Positions 20,538 through 31,176 are shown, numbered from the stretch's first letter. The stretch is DNA of 64,000 nucleotides from an uncultured Gemmatimonadales bacterium (GCA_963798845.1 CAWCUS010000006.1:448001-512000), one strand, 5' to 3'. Numbers and translations are program-made. The notes: generated by a model not told the origin, from the sequence alone.

Positions 20538-21434
20538 TCAGGACCGGGTCAGCGTGACCGGCCGGCCCATGGATCCATCGGAGAGGCGGCTCTCGATGCC
20601 TGCTGCGACGGGCGTCGCGAGGATCGCGGTGCGCGCCTCGGCGATGAGGCGACGGGCGACGCGGCCGACCACGACCCGTCCGTTGCAGATGTAGCCGTCG
20701 CTGCCGAAGGCGAGCAGGCCGACATCGAGCTCGTCCGAGAGCTGGAGCAGCTCGTCGACCGGGTCGCCGGTGACCGTGTGGCAGGTGACGGACCTGGCCC
20801 CGCCGGCCTTGAGCTCCGCCACCAGCGAGTTGAAGCCGTCCTCGACCGCGCAGCGGTAGCAGCCCCCCCAGTCCCAGACCGACGCGGCCGGGAAGTCCAT
20901 GGACGGACTCACGTGGGCGAGGTGGAGCTGCCCGTTGGGGCCGACGATCCGGAGGGCCGCACGGGCCGCATCAACGGCCGCGGTGCGGAAGTCGATCCCC
21001 ACCAGCGCGCTGGTCGGCAGCGCTCCGTCACGGGCGATGAACACCGGGGTCTCCGCCAGGTGCAGGAGCTCGATGGCGGTGGACATCCCCTCGGGCGTGC
21101 TCGCATCGACGCCCAGGACCACCATGCCGGCGTGCCTGGCCCGGGCCGCGTTGCAGATCGCGGGAGCCGGTCGGCCGAGCCGCACGTGGACCGGCCAGTC
21201 GACGGGGCCCACCACATCGCGCACGTGTTCGCGGACCCGGGCCGCCACGCCCAGCGCATGAGCGTTCTCGAGCTCGTCGCGGTGGGGCAGGGGCATGGGA
21301 AGCTCGCTGAGCGGCTCGACCACGGAGACTACCTCGACGGGCACGCCCTCGATCTCGGCGAACGCGGCCGCGAAGCGCAGCGCGCTCGCGGCCGTACGTC
21401 CCCCATCCGTGGCGATCAACAGCGGTTCGGCCAA
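20538..21434 (-). CDS. Tandem-domain universal stress protein
   Basis: LLIATDG, GRPAPAI, LVGIDF, GDPVDELL and VVGRVARRLI. Confidence 0.85.
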   Translation of the reverse strand: MAEPLLIATDGGRTAASALRFAAAFAEIEGVPVEVVSVVEPLSELPMPLPHRDELENAHALGVAARVREHVRDVVGPVDWPVHVRLGRPAPAICNAARARHAGMVVLGVDASTPEGMSTAIELLHLAETPVFIARDGALPTSALVGIDFRTAAVDAARAALRIVGPNGQLHLAHVSPSMDFPAASVWDWGGCYRCAVEDGFNSLVAELKAGGARSVTCHTVTGDPVDELLQLSDELDVGLLAFGSDGYICNGRVVVGRVARRLIAEARTAILATPVAAGIESRLSDGSMGRPVTLTRS

Positions 21435-21747
21435 CTTCCTCCCTCGACTCTCTCGGCCGGAGCGCCCGGCTTCGGGTACAGGATAATGCCCCGGCGTACG
21501 GGATACTGTCGGGATGCGTTCGCATCGGGGGTGGGGCGATGGAGGAAAGCAGTGTCGGGGAAATCGCCCCTGCGCGGTCCTCGCACCTCCTTGCCCTCCC
21601 TTCCCGCGGGTGCCAGCTTGCGGCGCGTTTGCCGGTGAGCGAAGCCGATGACCCGTATCGCGCCCGCCTCGCCGCTCGCCGGCGCACCCACACCCACGCC
21701 GCGGTCCACCCGTTCGGGGCGGCCGCGGTCAGCTCCCGGGGACGACG

Positions 21748-22308
21748 ATGACCACACACGGCTCGGATCGTGACCGGCTGCGGGCCCTGCTCGGCGCCCG
21801 ATCGGTTCGCCACGGCGAGTTCGTCCTTTCGAGCGGGGCCCGCTCCGGCTACTACATCGACGCGCGGGTCACCACCATGTCCGGCGAGGGCCAGCTCCTG
21901 ATCGGCCGGCTCGGGCTGGACACCCTCGACGCCGCGGGGTGGGCCCCGGACGTCATCGGCGGTCTGACGCTCGGCGCCGACCCGGTCGCCTACGCCATCG
22001 CCCACGCCGCGGCGCGGGCGGGTCGCGCGCTGGACGCATTCACGGTGCGGAAGGAAGCGAAAGCCCACGGCGCGGGACGCCGCATCGAAGGCGGTTTCCG
22101 GGCCGACGCGGAGTGCGTGATCGTGGAAGACGTGGTCACCACGGGAGAGAGCGCGCTGCGGGCGACGCAGGTGGTGGAGCAGTCGGGCGGGCGAGTCGTC
22201 GGCATCCTCGCCCTGGTGGACCGCGAAGACACCGGGCGGGACCGCCTCGAGCGGGCGGGGTACCCGCTCGTCACCCTGTTCAGGGCTTCGGAGCTGCTGC
22301 GGGGTTAG
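21748..22308 (+). CDS. pyrE: Orotate phosphoribosyltransferase
   Basis: GEFVLSSGARSGYYIDAR, VRKEAKAHG and IVEDVVTTGES. Confidence 0.95.
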   Translation: MTTHGSDRDRLRALLGARSVRHGEFVLSSGARSGYYIDARVTTMSGEGQLLIGRLGLDTLDAAGWAPDVIGGLTLGADPVAYAIAHAAARAGRALDAFTVRKEAKAHGAGRRIEGGFRADAECVIVEDVVTTGESALRATQVVEQSGGRVVGILALVDREDTGRDRLERAGYPLVTLFRASELLRG

Positions 22309-23569
22309 CGCCGGGCTGCGCAGCGGTGTCGGGGCGCGTCACCGGGTACATCCTGGCGAGCACCGGAGCCAGCGTCGGCAGTTCCGAGCGCGCGATCATC
22401 ACGGCCTGCCGGGCGGAGCCGACGCCGGACAGCGCCGCCGCCTTCACGTCCCCCCGTCGCATGCCCCCCCGGAAGCCCAGCGTGTCCGCCCACCCGTTCA
22501 GACGGTCGTCCCAGCGCTTCGCGATCGCCGCCTCCTGCGCTTCGGACGGCGCGAGGCCGAGCGCCCGCGCCCGCTCCACCATGAGCTGATTGCGAGCGCC
22601 CGCCTTCACCAGCGACACCGCGGCGTCCACGTCCCCCGCCTTCGCGGCCGCAAGCGCACCGGGCGGCAGGGTCCGGACGTACTCGCTCAGCTCGGACACG
22701 CCGTACGCCCGCTCCTTCGCGTCGACGGTCCACGCCGCCAGCGCGGAGTCGGGCGCCGCTCCGCTCGCCCACGCCATCACCGCGGGCGTGTCCACGCGCA
22801 TCCGCGCCGCCTGTTCCCTCGCCCAGTCGCTGGCCCGGCCGAGCGCATCCGGCAGGTCCACGAACCGCTGCAGGACCTCGTCGCGGACCGCGTCGAGCGG
22901 CAGCTCCTGCCGCCGGATCAGCCGGATCACATGATAGCCGTACTCCGTCTCGACGACGTCGCTGATCTCGCCCTGCTCGAGCGATGACGCGGCCTGCCAG
23001 AACTCCGCGACCCAGCTGCCCCGGCGTCCTGGCTCGAGCCGACCCCCACGCGCCGCAGCGCCGGGCTCGTCGGAGTACTCGGCGACCAGGCTGTCGAAGT
23101 CCTCGCCCGCCCTGGCCCTCGCGAGCGCCTCCTCGGCCCTCGTCCGCGCCGAATCCCGCGCCTCCGCGGGCCGCCATCGCTGCGCCAGCACCACCAGGTG
23201 CTGTACCACCAGCTCGTACTCCGGATCGCGCTCGTACGCCGCCTCCAGCTCCGCTTCGTCCACGCCCTTCGCCTCGACCGCCACTTCCATGGCAAGGCGC
23301 TGGACCTGGATGGAGCGGAGATCGCGCCGGATGAATGGGCCGGCCAGGTCGTCGAAGCGACCTTCGGCCGTCGCCAGGCCGAAGGCGGTGAGCTGCGCGA
23401 GAGCGCGCTGCTGGCCCGGTCCGAGCGCGCCCAGGTCCTCCTGGCTGAAGCGGACGTCTCCAACCTGAAGAGCCGCAGGGCGTTCGCACGCGAAGACGGC
23501 AACGAGGCAAACGAGCGGTACGACACCGCGCGCGGCTCGCATCCGCCGGAGGCTGAGCCGCGGCGTCAT
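22280..23569 (-). CDS. Parvulin-type peptidyl-prolyl isomerase (probable lipoprotein)
   Basis: GEDFDSLVAEYSDEPG, GGRL and VETEYGYHVI; lipobox-like VFAC. Confidence 0.85.
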   Translation of the reverse strand: MTPRLSLRRMRAARGVVPLVCLVAVFACERPAALQVGDVRFSQEDLGALGPGQQRALAQLTAFGLATAEGRFDDLAGPFIRRDLRSIQVQRLAMEVAVEAKGVDEAELEAAYERDPEYELVVQHLVVLAQRWRPAEARDSARTRAEEALARARAGEDFDSLVAEYSDEPGAAARGGRLEPGRRGSWVAEFWQAASSLEQGEISDVVETEYGYHVIRLIRRQELPLDAVRDEVLQRFVDLPDALGRASDWAREQAARMRVDTPAVMAWASGAAPDSALAAWTVDAKERAYGVSELSEYVRTLPPGALAAAKAGDVDAAVSLVKAGARNQLMVERARALGLAPSEAQEAAIAKRWDDRLNGWADTLGFRGGMRRGDVKAAALSGVGSARQAVMIARSELPTLAPVLARMYPVTRPDTAAQPGANPAAAPKP

Positions 23570-23582
23570 GGCCGTGCTCCGG

Positions 23583-24689
23583 TTACTCGAGGAGCCGCAG
23601 CGGCATCACGAGGCAGAGGTAGTCACCCTCCTCCTCGTCCACCGGCTCGACGGTGCCCGCCCGCTCCGGCGCCTTGAACGACAGCTTGACCTCCTCCGTC
23701 GGCATGTACCGCAGCACCTCGAGGAGGTAGTTGGCGTTGAACCCGATATCCAGCGGCTCACCCGTATAGTGGAGCTCCATCTCCTCGTGAGCGTCGCCCA
23801 GGTCGGGCGTCTCCACGGAGAGCCGGACCGAGGTGCTCGTGAACGACAGCCGCACCCGGTGCGTCTGGTCGCTGGCCACCACCGCCATGCGCCTCAGCGA
23901 CCGCGTCAGCGTTTCCTTGTCCGCCACGGCGACCCGGTCGTTGTCCTTGGGGATGACCTGCTCGTAGTTCGGGTAGGGGCCCTCGATCAAGCGCGTGTAA
24001 ACGCGTGTTCCATCCTTGCTGAAGCCCAGGTGGTTTTCGCTCCGGGCGACGTCGATCTCATCCCCGGCCTCGAACAGCCGCTGGACCTGCGACAGCGCCT
24101 TCGGCGGGACGATGAGATCCGTGTGCGGCGCATTCGATTCCGGCGCCGGGACCGCGAGCTTCGCCAGGCGGTGGCCGTTGGTCGCCACCATCCGCATCTC
24201 GCCTTCCGCCAGCTGCCAGAGGACGCCGTTCAGGATCGGACGGCTCTCCTCGGTGGATACCGCGAATGCCGTGCGCTCGATCATCATGGAGATCAGATCG
24301 GCAGAAATCCGCCAGCTCTGATCGAAATCGACCTGGGGAAACGTCGGGAACTCGTCCCGCGCCATCCCGTTCAGCCGGAAGGTAGCCCTTCCGCAGGAGA
24401 GCTCGAAGCGCTCCCCCGTGGTGCTCACGTTCACCGGTGCCTCCGGCAGCTCGCGCGCCAGCTCCTGCAGCTTCTTCGCCGGCACCGTGATCGCCCCCGC
24501 TTCCTGCACCTCGGCCGGAACACGAAGCGTTACGGCAATGTCCAGGTCCGTGCCGCTCATCTGAACACCATCCTCGGCCGCTTCTATGAGGATGTTCGAA
24601 AGCACGGGGAGCGTGGTGCGCGTCGGAATGCTGGCGCCCACGGCGGCCAGGCCCTGCTGCAGGTTGTCCCGCGTGATCGTGAATTTCAT
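23583..24689 (-). CDS. dnaN: DNA polymerase III beta clamp
   Basis: RTTLPVLSNILI, SRPILNGV, VATNGHRLA and GPYPNYEQVIP; downstream of dnaA. Confidence 0.97.
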   Translation of the reverse strand: MKFTITRDNLQQGLAAVGASIPTRTTLPVLSNILIEAAEDGVQMSGTDLDIAVTLRVPAEVQEAGAITVPAKKLQELARELPEAPVNVSTTGERFELSCGRATFRLNGMARDEFPTFPQVDFDQSWRISADLISMMIERTAFAVSTEESRPILNGVLWQLAEGEMRMVATNGHRLAKLAVPAPESNAPHTDLIVPPKALSQVQRLFEAGDEIDVARSENHLGFSKDGTRVYTRLIEGPYPNYEQVIPKDNDRVAVADKETLTRSLRRMAVVASDQTHRVRLSFTSTSVRLSVETPDLGDAHEEMELHYTGEPLDIGFNANYLLEVLRYMPTEEVKLSFKAPERAGTVEPVDEEEGDYLCLVMPLRLLE

Positions 24690-24980
24690 TCGCCCCTCAG
24701 GTTGGATCCTGGTCCGGGTCCGCCTGTTTTCCACGCCCCATCCCTACTACCACGTCTCTTAGGACTCTTACCCGTAGTAGTAATAGGGGGTGTGGATCCG
24801 TGGACAACTTCACCGCCTCGACGCCCCTGTCCTTGAGCCACAATGGCTATCGCCGTGTGCTGATGCTGTGGAGGAAGCGTGGACTGCACCGGCGCGTAGT
24901 CCACGCTGCCCACATCTCGACGGCCAATGTGGAAAACTCCGCCGATTCCCACAATGCTCGAACGGTTCCTTTCCACGATG
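24690..24980. promoter_or_regulatory. Chromosomal replication origin oriC
   Basis: DnaA-trios TAGTAGTAATAG (24775-24786), a G-run, tandem boxes TGTGGATCC/CGTGGACAA (24791-24807), and further degenerate boxes at 24727, 24867, 24928 and 24969. Confidence 0.85.
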
Positions 24981-26342
24981 TCAGCCGCCCATTTCCGCAC
25001 GCAGACGCTCGACCCGCTGGCGCATTGCGCCATCCTCGGCGATCTCCTGCTCCACCTTCTTGATGGAGTGAATGACCGTGGAGTGATCGCGGCCGCCGAA
25101 GTGCTCGCCGATGCGGGCGAGAGGGAGGTCCAGCAGCTCGCGCATCAGGAACATGGCGACCTGGCGCGGGACCGTGACCTCCTTGGTCCGGCGCCGGGAG
25201 GTGAGCGCCTCCACCGGCACATTGAAGGCCTCGGCCACCCGCCTGCGGATGGCTTCGGGGGTGCGCTCGGCGTCGGGCGCGAGAACGCCGCCCAGCGCTT
25301 CGCGCGCGAGCTCGATGGTGATGTCGCGCTGCGTGAGCGAGGAGTAGGCGAGCAGCTTGATGACCGCTCCCTCCAGCTCCCGGACGTTGGAGCGGCAGTG
25401 GTGGGCGATGTATTCGAGGACCTCGTCGGCGATGACGATCTCGCCCTCTTCCGCCTTCTTCCGGAGGATGGCGACGCGCGTCTCCAGGTCCGGGCTGCGG
25501 ATGTCGGTGACGAGCCCCCACTCGAAGCGGGACACCAGGCGCTCTTCCAGCCCGGGGATCTCCTTGGGGGGCCGGTCGCTCGTGACGACGATCTGCCGCT
25601 GCGCCTCGTACAATGCGTTGAACGTGTGGAAGAATTCCTCCTGCGTGCGCTCCTTCTCGCCCAGGAAATGGACGTCATCGATCAGCAGCAGGTCGATCTC
25701 CCGGTACCGGCGGCGGAACTCCGACATCCTGCCTTCCTGGATCGATGCGATGAGGTCGTTCGTGAACCACTCGCTCGACACGTAGGCCACGCGCCGCCCT
25801 GGATCGCGCGCGAGAAGCACGTGACCGACGGCGTGCATCAGGTGCGTCTTGCCGAGACCCACTCCGCCGTAGATGAAGAGCGGGTTGTACATGCGCGCAG
25901 GGGACTCCGCCACAGCGCGCGCCGCAGCGGCCGCGAGCTGGTTGTTGCTTCCCACCACGAAGCGGTCGAACGTGTACCGATCGTTGAGGGGAGCGCCCAC
26001 GGGTTCCGGCGCAGGCGCGGCCCGCGACGGTTGCTCCCGGGAAGGCTGGGCGGGCGAGGGGATCGTCGGACCGGCCGGGCGCTCGCGACCCTCTGCGTGG
26101 TGCTGTACGGAGATCGTCAGGCGCCGCCCCAGCACCTCCTCCGCCAGGTCGGCGAGCATACGCCCGTACTTGTCCTCGATCCACTCCGCCGCGAACTCGC
26201 TACCCACGCCGATGGCCAGCAGATCCTGCGACAGGGCAAGCGGCTTGGTCTCCGCGAGCCAGATCCGGAAGGTCGGCTCGGGGAGCTTCGTCCGGGCTCG
26301 TTCGAGAATCCGGGACCACGCCTCGTGGGCGGTCAGCTCCAT
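24981..26342 (-). CDS. dnaA: Chromosomal replication initiator DnaA
   Basis: YNPLFIYGGVGLGKTHL, QEEFFHTFNAL, RLVSRFEWGL and GGRDHSTVIH. Confidence 0.98.
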   Translation of the reverse strand: MELTAHEAWSRILERARTKLPEPTFRIWLAETKPLALSQDLLAIGVGSEFAAEWIEDKYGRMLADLAEEVLGRRLTISVQHHAEGRERPAGPTIPSPAQPSREQPSRAAPAPEPVGAPLNDRYTFDRFVVGSNNQLAAAAARAVAESPARMYNPLFIYGGVGLGKTHLMHAVGHVLLARDPGRRVAYVSSEWFTNDLIASIQEGRMSEFRRRYREIDLLLIDDVHFLGEKERTQEEFFHTFNALYEAQRQIVVTSDRPPKEIPGLEERLVSRFEWGLVTDIRSPDLETRVAILRKKAEEGEIVIADEVLEYIAHHCRSNVRELEGAVIKLLAYSSLTQRDITIELAREALGGVLAPDAERTPEAIRRRVAEAFNVPVEALTSRRRTKEVTVPRQVAMFLMRELLDLPLARIGEHFGGRDHSTVIHSIKKVEQEIAEDGAMRQRVERLRAEMGG

Positions 26343-26462
26343 CGCATCGTGTGAAAATCCAGGCAGGATTCGGTGCCGCCCGGGCAAGCTAACGGGCCGT
26401 CGCCGGATGCGTCAACGGGCGCCCTCCGGCCCGTAACCACGCGAAAAAACCCATCCCCGGGC

Positions 26463-26491
26463 TTGACCTCCACCCGAGCCGCGCCTATACT
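26463..26491 (+). promoter_or_regulatory. sigma70 promoter of the rpmH operon
   Basis: TTGACC-N17-TATACT, 40 nt upstream of rpmH. Confidence 0.75.
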
Positions 26492-26530
26492 TTCGATCTT
26501 TGCTATTCACGACGATACCGAGGACGACCA

Positions 26531-26683
26531 ATGGGCAAGCCCACATACAACCCGCGCAACCGGAAGCGCAAGAACAAGCACGGCTTCCTCAAGCGCATGA
26601 GCACCAGAGGTGGGCGGAAGACGCTCAACCGGCGGCGCAGCCGCGGGCGGAAGCGTCTCACGGTCCGGATCGGCGGCAAGTAG
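26531..26683 (+). CDS. rpmH: 50S ribosomal protein L34
   Basis: Manual translation [45 protein letters not shown]; divergent from dnaA. Confidence 0.97.
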   Translation: MGKPTYNPRNRKRKNKHGFLKRMSTRGGRKTLNRRRSRGRKRLTVRIGGK

Positions 26684-26694
26684 GCGAGGGGCGG

Positions 26695-27084
26695 ATGGCG
26701 GCTCCGCGCGAGGAGCGCGGCCGTCGTCTGCCGCGGGCGCGACGGATCACGCGAGGGTCGGAGATCCGGGCGCTGTTCAAGCGGGGGATGAGGAGCCGGA
26801 CGCCACACCTGGACGTTCTGGTTTCCGACTCCCCCTCTTCATTTTCCCGGGCGGGCATGGTGGTACCGAAGTACGGCAACACGGCCGTCGCGCGCAATCG
26901 GGTGAAGCGCCGCATGCGGGAGATCCTCCGTACGGAGGTCCTGCCGCGCCTGGATGACGCGGGAGCCGCGGTGGACGTGCTGCTGAGGGCGAGACGGGAG
27001 GCGTACGGAGCCAGCTTCCGCGACCTCGCTCGGGAGCTCGAGGAGTGGGGGGAGGCCCGATGGCCCGGCTCTTCCTCGCGCTGA
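26695..27084 (+). CDS. rnpA: Ribonuclease P protein component
   Basis: [13 protein letters not shown] motif; synteny. Confidence 0.93.
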   Translation: MAAPREERGRRLPRARRITRGSEIRALFKRGMRSRTPHLDVLVSDSPSSFSRAGMVVPKYGNTAVARNRVKRRMREILRTEVLPRLDDAGAAVDVLLRARREAYGASFRDLARELEEWGEARWPGSSSR

Positions 27085-27317
27085 TCCGGTTCTATCGGCG
27101 GGCGATCTCGCCCATGACGCCGCCGTCGTGCCGGTTCACACCGACGTGCTCGGCCTATGCCGAGGAAGCGATCCGGACGCACGGCGCGGGTCGCGGTGGC
27201 TGGCTGGCGCTGCGGCGCCTGCTGCGCTGCCATCCGCTCGGACCCAGCGGCTATGATCCGGTGCCGCGTGTGAAGCGGCACCATCACGAAGACAACGATC
27301 TACCAATGAACGGCTGA
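27060..27317 (+). CDS. yidD: Membrane protein insertion efficiency factor
   Basis: ISP...[11 protein letters not shown]...RCHP...GYDPVP. Confidence 0.95.
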   Translation: MARLFLALIRFYRRAISPMTPPSCRFTPTCSAYAEEAIRTHGAGRGGWLALRRLLRCHPLGPSGYDPVPRVKRHHHEDNDLPMNG

Positions 27318-29047
27318 TGGAAGGCCCAAGATTCCTGCTGGCGATCGTCCTCTCGATCGCAGTAGTGCTGCTCGTCAACGTGCTCTTCCCACCGAGCCGT
27401 CCCGAACCCGGGGCGGCGTCGGACAGCACGCTCGTCGACACCCTGGCCGGCGCTCCGCCCCCGACGCTCGACACGGCGCAACCGCCGGGCGGGCCCGCCG
27501 GCGGCAACGCCGGGGCGGCCCTCACCTCTCCCGGCGTGATACCCTCCGCCGATACCGGCGCTGCGGCGGCCGTGGCGGGAGCAGCGGCGGCCACTTCCGC
27601 TCCCGACGGTGACACGGTCTGGGTCCAGAACGACGTGGCCCGTTACGGCATCGCCACGCGCGGCGGAGCCCTGGTGTCGGTCGAGCTGCTGAACTGGGCG
27701 TCCGACACGCGCCCGGGCCCCGTGCAGCTGGTGGAGCCCACCGAGCCGGACCTGCTCGACTTCTCCCTGCGCGTCGGCGACCGCGTGTTTCCGTTCGACC
27801 GCGTGGTCTTCCAACCGTCCCTTCCAACGGGCGACACCCTCCCTTCCGACACCGCGGCGCCCCTCCGCCTCACGGCCACCGTGAACGGCGCCACGATCGA
27901 GCTCGTCTACACGTTCTCCGAAGAGCGCTACCTGGTCGGACTCCAGGGCAAGGTGGAAGGGGCGGGCGGTGACGCCACGCTGCTGGTCGGGCTCGGACCG
28001 CGGCTCGCCATCAACGAGGCCGATTCCGCCCAGGACCTCCGGAACATGTCCTACGTGGTCAATTCCAGGGAGCGGGGCATCGAGAGCGTTCGGGTCGAGA
28101 AGGTGCAGCAGAACCGGGTGGAAGAAGGGCCCCTCACCTGGGTCGCCCTGCGGAACAAGTACTTCCTGGCCGCCGTGATCCACCCGCAGGGCAGCACGGC
28201 CGCGTTCGGCGGGGTGCTGGCCGAGGGGGGACCCCAGGGTGTGAGGACGCTGCAGGCGACGCTCCCGCTGGATCGGGGCGGCGCCTTCGACTTACGGCTT
28301 TTCTTCGGTCCCCAGGAGTACGGCCGCCTGTCGGCGCTCGGGGAGGGGCTGGAGGACGTCAACCCGTACGGCTGGCGGGTATTCCGGCCGATCATCCGTC
28401 CGGTGGCGCACATCGTCCTCTGGCTTCTGACGGCGCTGCACAACGTGCTGGGGATCGGGTATGGCTGGGTGCTGATCCTGTTCGGGATCGGCATACGAGT
28501 GCTGCTGTGGCCGCTGAACGCCCGTGCCATGCGGTCGCAGCTGAAGACCATGGAGCTGCAGCCGCGGATCAAGGAGATCCAGGCGAAGTACAAGGAAAAG
28601 CCGGAGCTGCTGCAGAAGGAGATGACGCGGCTCTATCGGGAGGAAGGATTCAATCCCCTGGGGGGATGCCTGCCGATGCTGCTGCCGTGGCCCATCCTGA
28701 TCACCCTGTTCTTCGTGTTCCAGAACACGATCGAGTTCCGGGGCGTCGGGTTCCTGTGGCTGCCGGACCTGTCCCAGGCGGACCCGCTCTACATCCTGCC
28801 CATCCTCATGGGTGTGTCGCTGTTCGCCCTTCAGTACATGAACATGCGGGCCGCGCCCCAGGACAACCCGCAGCAGAAGATGATGATGTACTTCATGCCG
28901 GTGATGATGACCGTCCTCTTCCTGCGCTTCGCTTCGGGGCTCAATCTGTACTATGCGGCTTCGAACATCGCGTCGCTGCCGCAGCAGATCCAGATCATCG
29001 GGGAGCGCAAGCGGGCGCGCTCGAGGATGGCTGCGAAGAAGGAGTAG
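27317..29047 (+). CDS. yidC: Membrane protein insertase YidC
   Basis: NKYF, YGW, LQPRIKEIQAKYK, NPLGGCLP, FLWLPDLS and GLNLYY. Confidence 0.96.
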   Translation: MEGPRFLLAIVLSIAVVLLVNVLFPPSRPEPGAASDSTLVDTLAGAPPPTLDTAQPPGGPAGGNAGAALTSPGVIPSADTGAAAAVAGAAAATSAPDGDTVWVQNDVARYGIATRGGALVSVELLNWASDTRPGPVQLVEPTEPDLLDFSLRVGDRVFPFDRVVFQPSLPTGDTLPSDTAAPLRLTATVNGATIELVYTFSEERYLVGLQGKVEGAGGDATLLVGLGPRLAINEADSAQDLRNMSYVVNSRERGIESVRVEKVQQNRVEEGPLTWVALRNKYFLAAVIHPQGSTAAFGGVLAEGGPQGVRTLQATLPLDRGGAFDLRLFFGPQEYGRLSALGEGLEDVNPYGWRVFRPIIRPVAHIVLWLLTALHNVLGIGYGWVLILFGIGIRVLLWPLNARAMRSQLKTMELQPRIKEIQAKYKEKPELLQKEMTRLYREEGFNPLGGCLPMLLPWPILITLFFVFQNTIEFRGVGFLWLPDLSQADPLYILPILMGVSLFALQYMNMRAAPQDNPQQKMMMYFMPVMMTVLFLRFASGLNLYYAASNIASLPQQIQIIGERKRARSRMAAKKE

Positions 29048-29069
29048 GGCGGCGCCAGACGGGCGGCGC

Positions 29070-29357
29070 TCAGTGCACGATCTCGAACCCGGCCGGGAGC
29101 TCCTCGCGGCCGGGTTCGGTGTCTTCCACGCTCTGCACGCGTGCGCCGGGCGGGCCCTCGCGGAGTGCCCGCGCGAGCCGGTCCAGGCTGTCGGGATCTC
29201 CTGCCGCGCGGATCTCCACGGTGCCATCGCGGGCGTTCCTGACCGAGCCGCGGAGGCCGAGGTCCAGGGCGGTGTGCCGGGTCCACCACCGGAAACCGAC
29301 GCCCTGCACGCGCCCGCGCACCACCCAGGCCCGCCGCGTCGCGGCTCCGTCGTTCAT
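29070..29357 (-). CDS. acyP: Acylphosphatase
   Basis: VRGRVQGVGFRW, GSVRNARDGTVE and GPPGARV. Confidence 0.92.
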   Translation of the reverse strand: MNDGAATRRAWVVRGRVQGVGFRWWTRHTALDLGLRGSVRNARDGTVEIRAAGDPDSLDRLARALREGPPGARVQSVEDTEPGREELPAGFEIVH

Positions 29358-31090
29358 CCGCTTCCTCCCGCCGGCGCGTCGCGGGCCTCCCCGGTCTCGA
29401 ATCGCCGCAGGCGGTTCAGTGCCGCGCCGAGCTCGAAGACACGAAACTCCGCGAGCTCTCCGAGCTCGTGGGGGTGGAGCGCGACGACCCCCCGTCGCTG
29501 CATCCGGCGGATGATGCAGTCGAGCGCTTCGGGCATCGAGCGGCGCCCGTCGATCCATTCATCCCGAGCCATGGCCAGAGCATGCGCGATGGCCCGCGTC
29601 TGCGCCACTTCCACGAGCTGCTCGACCGCGCCGAGATCGAGGGCGTCTCGGCCGAAATCGACACGGTCACGCGATCGCACACGAATGGAGACCTCGCGTC
29701 GCCCGCGGGAAGGGTCCACCGAGGCGGGGAGCGGGACGCGGCGCCGCACTGCGTGCCAGCCCTCGGCCTCCGCCCGCCGCTCGGTCGGCAGCCGCCGGGC
29801 TACCTCGCGCGCCCGCGCGGTCACTTCCTCCGGCCGGTAGCGCTTCATGGAGATCACCGTGTCTGCGACGTCGAAATAGTCGCCAGATCCACCGACGACC
29901 ACGATCGTCGACACGCCGCGCTCCCCGTGCAGGGCGCGCACCCGGTCGATGAACGGTGTGATCGGCTCGTCCTCCGCGGCGACCAGGCGCTGCATGCGCG
30001 CGTCGCGGATCATGAAGTTGGTGGCCGACGTGTCCTCGTCGAGGAGCAGCGCGCTCGCGCCCAGCTCCAGCGCCTCGACGATCGCCGCGGCCTGCGAGGT
30101 CGAGCCGCTGGCGTTCTCCGTCCGGAAGCGCGTGGTATCCTCGCCCCCCGGAAGACGGCTTATGAAGTTGGAAATGTCCGTTCCCGCCACGGCGCGGCCA
30201 TCTTCTGCCCGGACCTTCACGGCCGCCGGGTGGGTGACCACGCGCTCCCGACCATCGCCGGGGACGTGGTCGTAGACCCCGCGCTCGAGCGCCCGCAGAA
30301 GCGTGGACTTCCCGTGGTATCCCCCGCCCACGATCAGCGTCACGCCCGCGGGAACCCCCATGCCCCGGATGAAGCCCCCGTTGGGCGTGAGAATCTCCAC
30401 GCGCAGCGCTTCCGGGCCCTTGAACGGCACCACGGCCGCACCCGTAAGGGGCCGGTCGTCGACTCCGGAGCGGCGAGGCAGAACGGCGCCATCGGCCACG
30501 AAAGCCACGAGTCCGTGAACGGGGAGCGCAGCGCGCAGCGCAACGGCGTCCTCGACGGTCTCGAGGTGCCGTCGGAGCGCGGATTCGTCGAGCGCATGGA
30601 AGAACAGGGCGGATCTCAGGCTCTCTGTCGTGGACCGTACGAGTTCCGCGGCCGCGCGCCCGAGCACGCGGCGACCGCGCGCGGGCAGGCCCACGCGGAA
30701 GCGCGCGACCAGCCCGCCTTCCGGGTCCATCGTGGTGCTGGCCCGTTCCAGGATCTCCTGTCCGGGCACGAGTATCGAGAGCTGGCCCGATTTCCCCGAC
30801 CCCGCCGGGCTGCTGGCGTCGTCGAGCGCCTGCGCGAGGCGCCGGTTCACGAAATCGGCCGCGGCGCGCCTTCGTGCGGCGCTTGCGCGGACCCAGTCGG
30901 GGAATCCGGCGTGCGCGGGCGCGACGACGGCGCGGAAGCGGCTGAGGTCGGCGAACGGATCGCCCTGGACGTGGTCGACGTGGAGGGTCATCGTGCCGGC
31001 GTCGTACGTCCCGCGGATCTCCCTGTAGGCCTTGTAGCCGCGTCCATCGAGCTGGAGGAGGAGCGAGTGCAGCTCGGACAGGTCCTTCAT
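29354..31090 (-). CDS. Predicted ABC-class ATPase (ABC_ATPase family)
   Basis: DGRGYKAY, DHVQGDPFA, GGGYHGKST, NASGSTSQAA and LLDEDTSATNFMIRD. Confidence 0.9.
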   Translation of the reverse strand: MKDLSELHSLLLQLDGRGYKAYREIRGTYDAGTMTLHVDHVQGDPFADLSRFRAVVAPAHAGFPDWVRASAARRRAAADFVNRRLAQALDDASSPAGSGKSGQLSILVPGQEILERASTTMDPEGGLVARFRVGLPARGRRVLGRAAAELVRSTTESLRSALFFHALDESALRRHLETVEDAVALRAALPVHGLVAFVADGAVLPRRSGVDDRPLTGAAVVPFKGPEALRVEILTPNGGFIRGMGVPAGVTLIVGGGYHGKSTLLRALERGVYDHVPGDGRERVVTHPAAVKVRAEDGRAVAGTDISNFISRLPGGEDTTRFRTENASGSTSQAAAIVEALELGASALLLDEDTSATNFMIRDARMQRLVAAEDEPITPFIDRVRALHGERGVSTIVVVGGSGDYFDVADTVISMKRYRPEEVTARAREVARRLPTERRAEAEGWHAVRRRVPLPASVDPSRGRREVSIRVRSRDRVDFGRDALDLGAVEQLVEVAQTRAIAHALAMARDEWIDGRRSMPEALDCIIRRMQRRGVVALHPHELGELAEFRVFELGAALNRLRRFETGEARDAPAGGSG

Positions 31091-31106
31091 CGGCTCCGGG
31101 GTCCTG

Positions 31107-31122
31107 TGTTCCACGTGAAACA
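31107..31122. promoter_or_regulatory. parS site
   Basis: TGTTCCACGTGAAACA matches the parS consensus; upstream of parA. Confidence 0.92.
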
Positions 31123-31160
31123 TCGCGCCTCCCCGCCGATGCAGGTTCCGGTCCGGCGGA

Positions 31161-31176
31161 TGTTCCACGTGGAACG
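31161..31176. promoter_or_regulatory. parS site
   Basis: TGTTCCACGTGGAACG. Confidence 0.9.
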
